NCBI GenBank assembly: GCA_036785375.1
Contig: JAWMAR010001141.1
Coordinates: 124,001 to 188,000, forward strand
DNA from: Leucoraja ocellata
Taxonomy: Eukaryota
Direction: 5' to 3'
Length of the DNA: 64,000 nt
Below the pieces are notes generated by a model, which did not search any database, was not told the origin of the DNA, and saw only the letters and a program-made list of their open reading frames with translations. This document shows, one piece after another, positions 36,524 to 49,762 of this stretch; the first letter of the stretch is position 1; every line of letters starts with the position of its first letter. Made by a program: the position numbers and the translations under genes.

Positions 36524-39052
36524 CTGCGGACATTGAGAAGGAAAGAAACAAAACCGATGTGTTAGAAACAAGGGAACTGCAGAGGTTTAAGAAGGAACTG
36601 CAGATGCTGGAAAATCGAAAGTAGACAAAAATGCTGGAGAAACTCAGCGGGTGAGGTAGCATCTATGGAGCGAAGGAATAGGCTATGTTTCGGGTTGAGA
36701 CCCTTCTTCAGACTGATGGGGGGAGGGGGGGGCGGGAAGAAGAAAGGAATAGGCGGAGACAGTGGGCTGAGGGAGAGCTGAGAAGGGGAGGAGAAAGGAG
36801 GGACTACCTGAAATTAGAGAAGTCAATGTTCATACCGCTGGGGTGCAAACTGCCCAAGCGAAATATGAGGTGCTGCTCCTCCAATTTTTCGGTAGGCCTC
36901 ACTCTGGCCATGGAGTAGGCCCAAGACAGAAAGGTTGGATTCTGATTGGGAGGCGGAGTTGAAGTGCTGAGCCACTGGGAGATCAGGTTGGTTATTGCGA
37001 ATCGAGTGGAAGTTCTGCAGTTGCTGGCTTACAAAAAAAACCCGCCCAGAGTGCTGGAGTAACTCAGTGGGTCAGGCAGCATTTCTGGAGAACTTGGACG
37101 GGTGACGTTTCTGGTCGGGACCCTTCTTGGACTCTGGCGAAGGGTCTGAAGAAGGGTCCCGACTCGAACTGTCACATATCCATGTACGAAGTTTGTATAT
37201 TCTCCCTGTTTTTCTCTATTCAACAGCTAAACCAACCTCTCACCAACGAGAGCGGTCCTGACCTCCCGTCTACCTCATTGAAGACTTTTGATCTATCCTT
37301 AATTGGACTTTTCTGGACTTGAACTAAACGTTATACCCTTTATTCTGTATCTGTACATTGTAATCATGTCTCGTCTTGCTGCTGACTCGATAGCACGCAA
37401 CAAAAACGCTTTTCACTGTACCCCAGGCCACATGACAATAATAAACTAAACTAAAACAAAACTAAACTAATTCCCAGAGGTTCCCTGCTCCCCAGAATTT
37501 AGACAGTGGATTTGTGCAGCTTGGGACTAGTTTTGAATTGAACACACTTACTGTAGATAGAGTAGAGATTTAGACACTTAGATATGGACGAGAGGGGATC
37601 TATAGAAACATAAAAAATTCTTAAGGGATTGGACAGGCAGGAAAAATGTTCCCCGATGTTGGGGGAGTCCAGAACCAGGGATCACAGTTTAAGGATAAAG
37701 GCCATTTAGGACTGAGATGATGAAAAACATTTTCAGCCAGAGAGTTGTGAATCTGTGGAATTCTCTGCCACAGAAGGCAGTGGAGGCCAATTCACTGGAT
37801 GTTTTCAAGAGAAAGTTAGATTTAGCTCTTTGGGCTAACGGAATCAAGGGCTATGGGGAGAAAGCAGGAACAGTGTACTGATTCTAGATAGACAATAGGT
37901 GCAGGAGTAGGCCATTCGGCCCTTCGAGCCAGCATCGCCATTCAATGTGATCATGGCTGATCATCCCCAATCAGTACTCCATTCCTGCCTTCTCCGAACA
38001 TATTGAATGGCTCGAAGGGCTGAATGGCCTACCCCTGCACCTATTTTAAAAAAAAATATGCCTGGAAAAAGTGAAACCTGATTAATTGAAGATGTACTTT
38101 TGTCCAACAAACTAAACTGCTGGCTCTAGCAATAATATATTTCCCAGTAAAACAAACAGTGGTGCTGGAGCCAATAACATTTGTACAAGAAAGAAAGTTG
38201 TTGATTAACAAAGATGTGCAACTTTGTAGGTTTCCTGGGCTCCGTTAAAAACATTGCTCCTAATGTGCAGGGAGTGAATGAGAAAGTGGGATAACATAGA
38301 AAGAGTATGAATGGGTGCTTGGTGGTTGGCATTGGTGAGCCAAAGGGTCTGTTTTCATGCGGTATCTCTAAACTAAATTCAAGTAACCAAGTTTGATATT
38401 GATATAGTTTAATTTAGTTTGGATTTACAACATGGAAGTCCTTCTGCCCGCCAAGTTCCTGCTGGCTAACAAGTGTTCTATCTCACACGCTGGGGACAAT
38501 TTTACAGAAGCCAATTAACATACAAACCAATATGACTTTGGGACGTATGGGTTTGTGGCTTCTCTGCATGATTACAATCAAGTCGTCCACAGTGTTTGAG
38601 AATGATCTGCCATGATCACATTGAATGGCAGTGCTGGTTCGAAGGGCCGAATGGCCTACTCCTGCACCTATTGTCTATTGTCTATTGTACAGATACAGAA
38701 TAAATTTTAGTGCAAGATAAAGTCCAGTAAAGTCCAATTGAAGATAGATCAAAGGTCTCCAATGAGGTGGATGGGAGGTTAGGACCACTCTTGTGGGTGG
38801 ATGGTTGAATTGTCAAGTAGAGGAAACCGTAGGCAGAGGAAAATGGGATGAATCTTAATCCAAGGATCATTACACACTCTCAAATTGACAGAAGAATCCC
38901 ATGAAAGGCCACAAAGGGCTGGAGTAACTCAGCGGGTCAGGCAGCATCACTGGAGAACATGGATAGATTACATTACAGATTTAGACCCTTCTTCAGACTT
39001 TGAAGCTAACATATCTGAAGAAGGGTCTTGATCTGAAACGTCACCTATAAGT

Positions 39053-39328
39053 GGGGCGGCACGGTGGCGCTGCAGTAGAGTTGCTGCTTACAGCACCAGG
39101 TGCTGTCTGTCTAGAGTTTGTACATTCTCCCCACGACTGCGTGGGTTTTCCCTGGGTGCTCTAGTTTCCTGCCACACTCCAAAGACGTGCAGGTTTGCAG
39201 GTTAATTAGCTTCGGTGAAAATTGTAAATCGTCCTTAGTGTGTAGGATAGAGCGAGTGTATGGGGATTGGTGGTCGGCGTGGACCGAAGGGCCTGTTTCC
39301 GCACTGTATCTCTAAACTAAACTAAACT
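39053..39328 (+). mobile_element. HE1-type SINE
   Basis: Head, core and (CTAAA)n tail. Confidence 0.85.
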
Positions 39329-40957
39329 CTTTGTGTCTTTTTGTGTATTATCCAGCATGTGCAGTTTTTGGTATCTACATAAAAATCCCCAGGGTTTACC
39401 TAGTAAAAGAGCAGGAGAGCTGCAATTGACGTTGTTGCCAATAGTTTGTCCTTAACCCACACTGCTCAGAGAAAAGTGAAAAGAGATTATCTGGTTGTTA
39501 TCATGTTTCCATGTGAGGAGTTGTTGAACTGGAGAGGCTTGGCTGAACGTACAATCAGGACATTGAACTGATAAAGGTGAACGGGATTGGGATTCATCTG
39601 AGGGCAAAGCTTTTGATTAATAGGAAAAGTTCAGCAGCCAGAGTAAAGCAGATGTTTGTGCATTGACTAAATATGATAGCCCTGAGAGTTAGCGTAGACT
39701 TGATGGTCCGAAATGGTGTTCATCTATCTTATAACAAAATATGGATCAGAAGAGTGAGTGGCGCAGCGCCAGAGCACAAGGGATTTGCACATTCTCCCTG
39801 TGACCGCGTGGGTTTCCTCCAAGTTCTCTGGTTTCCTCCCACATCCCAACGACATGCGGGTTTGTAGGCTAATTCTTCTTCTTCTTAAACTTTTTGCTCC
39901 TCTTGAGAGCATAGGCCATTGACAAATGTCCTCCACCTCACTCGGTTGTTGGCAGTTCTTTCAAGATCTCCCTATGCAGGCTAATTGGCCTCTGCAAATT
40001 TCCCTTAGTGTGTCGGGAGTGGATCACAAGTCGTCTTATATAGAACTTGATTGTAACCATGTATGTGTAGGAAGGAACAGCTGATGCTGGCCTATACCAA
40101 AGATAGACACAAACTGCTGGAGTTACAGAGCGGGTCAGGCAGCATCTTTGGAGAATAGAAATAGGTGAAGTTTCATGTTGGAACCCTTCTTCAGACTAGA
40201 TGTCATCATGTATAGTCTTTTTGCTGACTGGATAACAAAAATGCTTTTCACTGTACCTCGGTACATGTGACAATAATAAACTAAACTAAGTTAGCGTGAA
40301 CAGATGATAGATGGCTGGCATGGACTCGGTGGACTGAAGGGCCTGTTTCCATGCTGCATCCATCAATCATGAGTGTGAGTGGCAGGAATGGAACATTTAA
40401 TAATTATAGTACATCAACACATTTAGTCAATTCAAAGAAATACAGTAAAAAAAAGTAAAGATATTATATTGGAATGCATAAACTGTTGTGGTCACCCAGA
40501 GATGATGGATAAGCTGAGACTTATTTCTCTGGAGCAGAGGAGTTTGAGGGGGTGTATAAAATGGTCAGGGACCTAGATTCACAAGCTTTATCCCAGGGTA
40601 GGGGAATTTAAAATTAGAGGTTAAAAATTTGAGGTAAGCAGGGACAGATTTACCAGGGACTTTTTAAATCTATCCTCCCCAGGGTTGATCTATGGCATGT
40701 TTAAGAAAGAACTGCAGATGCTGGAAAAATTGAAGGTAGACAAAAATGCTGGAGGAACTCAGCGGGTGAGGCAGCATCATCGGAGGATGCTGCCTCACCC
40801 GCTGAGTTTCTCCAGCATTACCTATGGCATGTTTAAGGTGAGATGTAGCTCACATTTTAAATGTGTCGGAAGGAACTGCAGATGCTGGTTGAAACCAAAG
40901 ATCGACACAAAATGCTGGGGTAACTCAGCGGGACAGGCAGCATCTCTGGACAGAAGG

Positions 40958-41955
40958 AATGCCTTCTGGGGTGCCTCGGGGATCTGTGTTGGGTCCTTTG
41001 TTGTTTGTCATGTACATCAATGATCTGGATGAAGGTGTGGTAAATTGGATTAGTAAGTATGCAGATGATATCAAGATAGGGGGTGTTGTGGATAATGAAG
41101 AGGATTTCCAAAGTCTACAGAGTGATTTAGGCCATTTGGAAGAATGGGCTGAAAGATGGCAGATGGAGTTTAATGCTGATAAATGTGAGGATAAATGGCA
41201 GGACAAATCAAAATAGGATGTACATGGTAAATGGTAGGGAATTGAAGAATACAGTTGAACAGAGGGATCTGGGAATAACCGTGCGTAGTTCCTTGAAGGT
41301 GGAATCTCATATAGATAGGGTGGTAAAGAAAGCTTTTGGTACGCTAGCCTTTATAAATCAGAGCATTGAGTATAGAAGCTGGGATGTAATGTTAAAAATT
41401 GTACAAGGCCAATTGGTGTACAATTTTGGTCGCCCAATTATAGGAAGGATGTCAACAAAATAGAGCGAGTACAGAGGGGATTTACTAGAATGTTGCCTGG
41501 GTTTCAACAACTAAGTTACAGAGAAAGGTTGAATAAGTTAGGTCTTTATTCTTTGGAGCGCAGAAGGTTAAGGGGGGACTTGATGGAGGTCTTTAAAATG
41601 ATGAGAGGGATAGACAGAGTTGATGTGGACAAGCTTTTCCCTTTGAGAATAGGGAAGATTCAAACAAGAGGACATTACTTCAGAATGAAGGGACAGAAGT
41701 TTAGGGGTAACATGAGGGGGAACTTCTTTACTCAGAGAGTGGTAGCGGTGTGGAATGAGCTTCCAGTGGAAGTGGTGGAGGCAGGTTCGTTGGTATCATT
41801 TAAAAATAAATTGGATAGGCATATGGATGAGAAGGGAATGGAGGGTTATGGTATGAGTGCAGGCAGGTGGGACTAAGGGAAAAAAGTTGTTCGGCAGGGA
41901 CTTGTAGGGCCGAGATGGCCTGTTTCCGTGCTGAAATTGTTATATGGTTATATGG
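40958..41955 (+). mobile_element. CR1/HER1-type LINE, 5'-truncated ORF2 with frameshifts
   Basis: GVPRGSVLGPLLFVMYINDLD..YADD..GLYSLERRRLRGDL; short-repeat 3' tail. Confidence 0.92.
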
Positions 41956-42258
41956 AATGGGTGACGTTTTGGGTGGAGACGGGACTGAAGAAGGGTCACC
42001 CATTCCTTCTCTCCAGAGATGCTGCCTATCCCGCTGAGATACTCCAGCATTTTGTGTCGATCTTTGGCTCACATTTTAAATTTTGGTTTCTCTATTCTGA
42101 GAAGGTTTACAACTTTGATTGCAATAGTAAATAAAATTTGTTGACCGAGATATCGTAGTTGCAAATAAAGAAGATGTGTATCACAATTGCAGCGCGCCCC
42201 TTAAATAATTTTGCAGGCACTGAAACTTCCAATGTTGCCAAAAGTTTGTAGGCCTTAC

Positions 42259-42314
42259 CATAGAGTTCGACTTCGGGACGGAGTTCTCTATTGTTGAGTC
42301 GCCTTCCTTCTTAT
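42259..42314 (-). CDS. Gene B exon 5, cytoplasmic (DKKEGDSTIENSVPKSNSM)
   Basis: T-tract + AG acceptor, ATG|GTAAGG donor; 56 nt, same size and phase (1/0) as exon 5 of gene A. Confidence 0.85.
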
Positions 42315-42964
42315 CTAAAAAAAACACAAAGATATTAAGTCGTGCCAATCGAAAACATTTAAAACATTTTTTGTCAAATGTAATTTCTAAAATGCACTGG
42401 TTTTTTTTTAGCATGCATACCCAAATGTTAAAAGAAAAACCTAAATAGATGCTGTGTTAATAAAGAGTCATAGAGTGACACGGTGTGGAAACAGGCCCTT
42501 CGACCCACCGAGTCCGCGCTGACTATTGATCAACCCGTAAACTAGCACCACCGAGCGCATTCGGGGCCATTTACAATTTACGTAAGCCAATTAACTTACA
42601 AACCTGTACATTTTTGGGATGTTGGAGGAAACCGGAGCACCCAGAGAAAACCCTCACAGACACCGGGAGAATGTACTGACTCCTTACAGACAGCACCCGT
42701 AGTCGGGATCGGACCTTGGTCTCTTGTGGTGCGAGGCAGCAACTCTACCACTGCGCCACTGTGTAATACTAAGATTTCCTGGTCTTTTTATAAACTTGGC
42801 CCACTCACCTGTCCCTTCACCTTCAATCTCCTGCATTCCTTTAAATTCCACTTTACAGCCATCCACACGTTCACTCGCACCTGTGAACAATTAAATGCAA
42901 AGGCCGAGCTTTAAAGATAGAGTCAGATCAACAATTATCATCCAGGTGTGATGCTGATTAGTTT

Positions 42965-43265
42965 TTCAGTTTTAGTTTTAGAGATACAGCGCGGAAACAC
43001 GTCCTTCTGCCCACTGTGTCCACGCCGACTAGCGATCCCCGTACACTAACACTATCCTACACATTAGGGGCAATTTACAATTATACCAAGCCAAATACCC
43101 TACAAATTTATACGTCTTTGGAGTGTGGGAGGAAACCGGCGGAGCACCCGGAGAAAACGCACGCAGGTCACAGGGATAACGTACAAACTACAGCACCTGT
43201 AGTCAGGATGTAACCCGGGTCTCTGTTGCTGTAAGGCAGCAACTCTACCGCTGCGCCACCATGCT
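42965..43265 (-). mobile_element. HE1-type SINE
   Basis: Reverse-complement head, core and tail. Confidence 0.85.
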
Positions 43266-43439
43266 GTCAGATTAGTTGAAAGTTGTTTCGGATCATTTGT
43301 GTTAATTGGGCAGGATGAGATCTGTTACTCAACAATGACTTCCCTTGTCGTTTGCTGTGCTTAGACACACTCTCCTATTTACTTAACATGATGCAACGTA
43401 GAAAGCATACTGTTAGCTTGCGTCCCAGCTTAGTTTGGG

Positions 43440-43935
43440 AACAGCCCTGCCTAAGACGGCAGAAAATCGCAGAGAGTTGTAGATGTAGCCCAGACTCCCC
43501 ACCATTGACTCCATCTACACTTCACGCTGCCTCGGAAAAGCAACCAACATAATCAAAGTCTTGTCCCACCCTGGTCATTCTTTTTTTTCCCTGCTCCCGT
43601 CAGGCAAAAGATACAGAAGCCTGAAGGGGCGCATCACCAGACTCAGCAACAGCTTCTTTTCCTCTTTTATTAGCCTTTTGAATGGTAGCTTCCTTAAGCT
43701 AAGGTACTGTTCGATTCGCCTCTTCCCCCATTGCAGACATTGGACTTTGCCTCTGAAACTGATGCTCTACAATGCTGAGAACTATATTCTGCACTGTATC
43801 TTCTCCTTTGCTCTACCTATGGTACTTATGTTTGACGATTGTATTTATGTGTAGTATTATGTGATCTGGTTGGATAGCATGCAAACCAAAGCTTTTCACT
43901 GTACCTCAGTACGTGACAATAATAATCCTAAATAT
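43440..43935 (+). mobile_element. Rex1/Babar-type LINE 3' fragment
   Basis: SHPGHSFFSLLPSGKRYRSLK..RLSNSFF. Confidence 0.7.
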
Positions 43936-44131
43936 AAACCAAAGAGAATTTTATACAGAAATAATTTAATCTAAAGAATTGAACTGTGTCTTGGGTTTAT
44001 AATTGATATTTTGGTATTTTGTAGTAATATACAGTAATTTCTGCCTAATCTACATACCTTGCTGCTCAAACTAAACAGAGGCACAAAAAACTAACTCCTA
44101 ACAGAACATCAATATATAATTTAACAAGCCA

Positions 44132-44698
44132 TTGGGGGAGACCAGAACCAGGGGTCACAGTTTACGAATAAGGGGTAGACCATTTAGGATTGAGATGAGG
44201 ATTTTTTTTTTTTACCCAGAGAGTTGTTTCACACAGAGAGTGGTGAATCTCTGGAACTCTCTGCCACAGAGGGTAGTTGAGGCCAGTTCATTGGCTATAT
44301 TTAAGAGGGAGTTAGATGTGGCCCTTGTGGCTAAGGGAATCAGGGGGTATGGAGAGAAGGCAGGTACGGGATACTGAGTTGGATGATCAGCCATGATCAT
44401 ATTGAATGGCGGTGCAGGCTCGAAGGGCCGAATGGCCTACTCCTGCACCTAATTTCTATGTTTCTATGTTGTGAATCTGTGGAATTCTCTGTCGCAGAAG
44501 GAAGTGGAGGCCAATTCGCTGCATAGTTTCAAAAGAGAGTTAGATTTAACTCTTGGGGCTAAAGGAATCGAGGGATATGGGGAAAAAGCAGGAACGGGGG
44601 TACTGATTTTGGATGATCAGCCATGATCATATTGAATGGCGGTGCTGGCTCGAAGGGCCGAATGGCCTACTCCCGCACGTATTTTTCTATGTTTCTAT
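44132..44698 (+). mobile_element. Nested CR1 3' fragments (one copy inside another)
   Basis: Two successive 3' UTRs, each with a (TTTCTATG) tail. Confidence 0.8.
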
Positions 44699-46009
44699 CA
44701 AACAAGATTACTTAGCAGGTAGTAAAACAGGAGATGGACACACAAAGCTGGAGTAACTCAGCGGGTCAGGCAGCATCTCTGGACAAAAGGAATACTGTAG
44801 GTGGTGTTTCGGGTCAAGACCCTTCTTCAGACTGAGGGTCTTGGGAAAAGGAAACGAGATATAGAGAGATAGAGAACAAATGAATGAAAGATATGCGTGG
44901 TCATAGAGTTGGTGAGCACGAGGACTCACAGAGGGGGAGCAGCGAGAGAGGATGTTGCAGAACTCTCGACGGAGGGAGGAGGAGAACTTCTTCAAAGTAG
45001 GCATTCCTTGAGGAGATTTGACAGTGAAGCAGATGATATGTGTAGGAAGGAACTGCAGATGCTGGTTTAAACTGATGATAGACACAAAAAGCTGGAGTAA
45101 CTCAGCGGTTCAGACGGCATCTCTGGAGTAACGGAATAGGTAATGTTTTGGGTCGAGGCTCTTCTTCAGACAGTCGGGGGAAAGAGAAACGAGAGATGTA
45201 TAGAACAAATTAACGAAAGATATACGTGGTCGTAGTGTCGGAGAGCAGGAGGAATCACGGAGGGGGCGCAGAAAGAGAGGATGCTGCTGAACTCTCAGGG
45301 CCTGTTTTATTAACAAAAGAATCATTTCATATTAGCCAGCTCACTCATCTCGTGTGTTGATAATTGTTCGAGAAAGTATAACTGTTTTGTTTCTTTGCAC
45401 AGTACCAGACTGGGGGTGGACTTGACTCTGAGAGACTGCTGACAAATGGTCCATTAGCACATGAAAATCACCTTTGTGCAGCTCACGTGACTCTCTAAGA
45501 TTTTAAGACCGTCAGCAAGGAACAATGCATGCAGCTTTGTACCACACACAAATTGTCTCAACGCTAGTGGCAATCATGTCACCATTATATTGTACTGAAT
45601 AGACAGACAGAGTAACAGAACTCCTATTCTTCCAAAGAGATACAGGAGGTTTCAGCAATTCTGGCAGACCCCTTTAATGAGATCTATGCCAGAACGAAAT
45701 AAAAAAATATGAGGTTATTGAAATAAAAATATGAGGAGATTTCTGCCTGACAACATGCACACAGTTCTCAAGTGCAGATGTGTTTAGATTATTGCAAACC
45801 AAGACTCGACCATTAAAACAATGCTTTAAATTCTGTTTGGGTAGCTTACAACTTAACGACATGGACATTGAATTCTTTAATTTTAGGTAACATCCCACCC
45901 CATTCTCTTTCTTCTCCCCCCCACCCCCACCCTTCCTTTCCTGACCCTGGTACAGACTCATTCTTCCACTGTCCCAACCAGTCTTTCCTCCTGTCCCTTC
46001 CGTCCCCTT

Positions 46010-46300
46010 CCACTTCCGTCCTCCTTCTCAGGGGCGACTGCGCCTTTGCAGTTGCAGCTCCTAGACAGTGGAACAGCATCCCCCTTCCCATCGGAACTGT
46101 CCCTCCATCGACTCCTTTAAGTCAAGACTAAAACCTTATCTGCACTCCCAAGCCTTTCCTGACGTCCACTGAGCGAGGGCTATATGTATGTATATATGTA
46201 TGTAGTTTGCTTGTTTATACTATTCTAATAACAAACGTAAAGCACTTTGGTTAACGAGAGTTGTTTTTTAAATGTGCTATGTAAATAAATGTGACTTGAC
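46010..46300 (+). mobile_element. L2-type LINE 3' fragment
   Basis: GDCAFAVAAPRQWNSIP motif and GTAAAGCACTTTGG...AAATGTGCTATGTAAATAAA tail. Confidence 0.7.
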
Positions 46301-47482
46301 TTCTCCCCCCTCCCCCTCCCCCCTCCCTCCCCCCTTCCTCCTTATGGCTTAACATTTCACTTTATAAAACGCATACTGAACCTCCAGGTTCAGGGGCAGT
46401 TTCTTCCCAGCTGTTATCAGGCAACTGAATCATCCTACCACCAACTAGAGAGCGGTCCTGACCTCCCATCCACATCATTGGAGTCCCTTGGACTATCTTC
46501 AATTGGACTTTACAGGAATTTATCTTGCACTGAATGTTATTCCCTTTATCACGTATCTGTAGATGGCTGTTTAGTCATGTTTAGTCTTTCTGCTGACTGG
46601 ATAGCACGCAACAAAAAAGATTTTCACTGTACCTCAGTACACATGACAATAAGTAAATTAAATGTGTTTCTATCCTCTTCCCCTTATAAACACTTTGTTA
46701 TCTTATTTACCTTTGTTCCCTTTTTATCATCATTTTGTTTCAGTTTTCACCCCCAACCTTTTTCCGCCCATCTGCCAATTAGAAACCCCCAACAACTGTG
46801 TCCAACTCACACTTGGAGGTATAAGGAGCTGCAGATGTATTTTTAGATGTTCCAACTCTCATTTGCCAGGCTTTGTCCCGCAACAACTCTTTTCCAGCTT
46901 TCTCTCCTCCAATGCAATGTGTCTGAAGAAGGGTCTTGCCCTGAAGGGTCACCTATCTGTGTCCTCCAGAGACCGACACAAAAAGCTAGAGTAACTCCCA
47001 GCGGGACTGGCAGCATCTCTGGAGAAAGGGAATGGGTGACGTTTCAGGTCAAGACCCTTCAGACTAGTCAGGGGAAAGGGAAACGAGAGATATACACGAA
47101 GATGCAGAGAGACAAAGAACAATGAGTGAAAGATATTCAAAAAAGTAACCATGATAAACCATGATTCTCCAGCAGCTGCAGTTCCTTCTTGACCATGATA
47201 AAGGAAACAGGCTATTGTTAGCTGTTTGTTAGGTGAAAACAAGGCTGGAGCAACTTGGGTGGGGGAGGGATAGAGAGAGAGAGGGAATGCCGAGTTTACT
47301 TGAAGTTAGAGAAATCAATATTCGTACCATTGGGCTGTAAGCCACCCCAGCAAAGGATTAGATGTTGTTCCTCCAACATTTTGTGTCTATCTTCTGTTTA
47401 AACCAGCATCTACAGTTCATTCCGACACATTATTTCCTCCAGAGATGCTGCCTGACCCACTGAGTTACTCCTGCACTTCATG

Positions 47483-47797
47483 TTTAGTTTAGTTTTTTTA
47501 GTTTAGAGATACAGTGCGGAATCAGGCCCTTTGGCCCACCGAGTCCGCGCCAACCAGCGATCCCCGCACACTTACACTATCGTACACACTAGGGGCAATT
47601 TACAATTATACCGAGCCAATTAACCTACAAATCTGTAGGTCTTTGGAGTGTGGGAGAAAGCCAGAGATCCAGGAGCAAACCCACGCAGGTCATGGGGAGA
47701 ACGTGCAAACTCCGTACAGACAAGAACCCGCTGGATCGAACCCGGGTCACTGGCGCTGTGAGGCGGCAACTCTACCGCTGCGCCACCGGCCCGCCCT
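47483..47797 (-). mobile_element. HE1-type SINE directly downstream of tRNA-Lys
   Basis: Full head to tail; the head starts right after the tRNA terminator. Confidence 0.88.
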
Positions 47798-47806
47798 AAA
47801 AATGAA

Positions 47807-47879
47807 CGCCCGAACAGGGACTTGAACCCTGGACCCTCAGATTAAAAGTCTGATGCTCTACCGACTGAGCTATCCGGGC
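47807..47879 (-). tRNA. tRNA-Lys, anticodon TTT
   Basis: 73 nt GCCCGGATAGCTCAGTCGGTAGAGCATCAGACTTTTAATCTGAGGGTCCAGGGTTCAAGTCCCTGTTCGGGCG; intact A/B boxes and cloverleaf, no encoded CCA, followed by TTCATTTTT Pol III terminator. Confidence 0.97.
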
Positions 47880-47998
47880 CCTCTTGCTCTATGCATGTTC
47901 CCAACATCTACAGTTCCTTGTGTCCACATCCATTTAAAACCTAGGTTAGTGTGTGCCATTGAAACAAGGTTTGACCTTGCATTAGTTTCTGAACTTAC

Positions 47999-48099
47999 CA
48001 TTATTTTTGTTCTTTCTAATTTTTCTGATAACCAGGAACAGGAGTCCGATAAACATAATCGTTAATATTCCGAAGACTAGTCCGATTATTAAGAAAAAC
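47999..48099 (-). CDS. Gene B exon 4, transmembrane (FFLIIGLVFGILTIMFIGLLFLVI-RKIRKNKNN)
   Basis: Uncharged hydrophobic run followed by basic stop-transfer residues; pyrimidine tract + AG, ATG|GTAAG donor, phases 2/1. Confidence 0.9.
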
Positions 48100-49358
48100 C
48101 TTGGCGGTTAAGAAAAAGAGAAAATCATTAAAATAATTGCAGACATATCGGCTCGCATATCAGAGAAACATGAAAGATAACAATGAACAATTATGCAAGA
48201 TCTTATTATTTCTGATTTAATGTATGGTACCACTTTCTAACCTCTCAGTACAGTCAAAGTTGCAGGCAACTCCTTTGCATTTATTTAATTCCAGTAGTTT
48301 TTAATTTTTAGGTTTAGAGATTCAGCGTGGCAAGAGGCGCTTCGGCCCACCGAGTCCACGCCGACCAACTGTCACCCGTTCATTCTAGTTCAATCCTAGC
48401 CACTAGGGACAATTTACAGAAGCCAATTAACCTATAAACATGCACGTCTTTGGGATATGGGAGGAAACCGGAGCACCTGGAGAAAACCCACGTGGTCACA
48501 GGGGGAACGTACAAACTCCAGACAGACAGCACCCGCAGTCAGGATCGAACCAAGGTCTCTGGCGCTGTGGGGAAGCACTGTGTTACCCCTATTCCATATC
48601 CATACCATTCCCCTCAGTTATACATTTCTCTAAGCTGGTTCTTCATTTAGATTTTAATCTTTAGACTTAAGAGTTGCAGCGCGGAAGCAGGCCCTTAGGC
48701 CCATCGAGTCCACGCCAACCAGTGATCATCCCGCACACTAGCACTATCCCTCACACTAGGGCCAATTTACAATTTTACCAAAGTCAATTAACTCACAAAC
48801 CCGCACGTCTTTGGGATGGGGGAGGAAACCGGAGCACCCGGTGAAAACCCATGCGATCAAAGGGGGAACGTACAAACTCCACACAGACAGCACCCGTAAT
48901 CAGGAACAAACCAGGGCCACTGGCGATAAGGCAGCAACTCTGTACAGTAGTTTATTAAGGATATTTGTTTGTATTGTACTATGGTGGTGGGATCTGGTTT
49001 GTTTTATTGTAGTGTAATATTATTTTTTTAAGAATTGAATACATTTTTTAATTTAAAAACAGGCAGCAACTCTACCGCTGCGCCACCGTGCCACTTTAGA
49101 ATGACCCTATTCAGTTCAGCATTGTGTTCTTACGAGATAGGTATGCAAAAATCCTATGTTTCCCACTTTAATTAATTAATTGATGTCTTTAATTTATATT
49201 ATTTTTATTTATTGATCAATTGTTTATCAATATTTTGATTTATCTAACATAATTTAATTTTTTTACTGTTATGTATATAGGAACTGCAGATGCTGATTCA
49301 CACTGAAGAGAGACACAATATGCCGGAGAAACAGGCAGCATCTCTGGAGAGAAGTAAT

Positions 49359-49394
49359 GGGTGACGTTTCAGGTCGAGACCCTTCTTCAGGCTG
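49359..49394 (-). ncRNA. Minimal type I hammerhead-ribozyme-like motif in a Penelope-like repeat
   Basis: CUGAAGA-A-GGGUC-UC-GACCU-GAAAC-GUC; core, stem II and GUC site present, stem III reduced to the palindrome ACGU. Confidence 0.55.
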
Positions 49395-49540
49395 AGAATC
49401 AGGGGAGAGGGAGACGTAGACATATGGAAGGGTAAGGTGTGAAAACGATTTTTAGAATCAGTCAAGGTGGCAGAGTGAGCTGTCTGAACGGAACAGAGTG
49501 GGCAGTGGGCCTGGGCTTGCTCATACTGCCTGTGGCTTCT

Positions 49541-49762
49541 GGGCCTGTCCCACTTGGCGATTCTTTCGGCGACTGCCGGCGTCATATCAGTGTCGCCAAA
49601 AGATTTTGAACATTTCGAAATCCAGCGGCAACAAAAAAAATGTTGTGACACTTGAAAAAACACCGCGCATCAATACGTCATCACGCCGCAAATTTTTCGG
49701 TGACCTATTACAGTCAATTATGCCAGCAGTTGCCGAAAACATTGCTAAGTGGGACAGGCCCT
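49541..49762. mobile_element. PIF/Harbinger-like MITE, family 2
   Basis: GGGCCTGTCCCACTT ... AAGTGGGACAGGCCC; interior matches 17078-17364. Confidence 0.8.
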
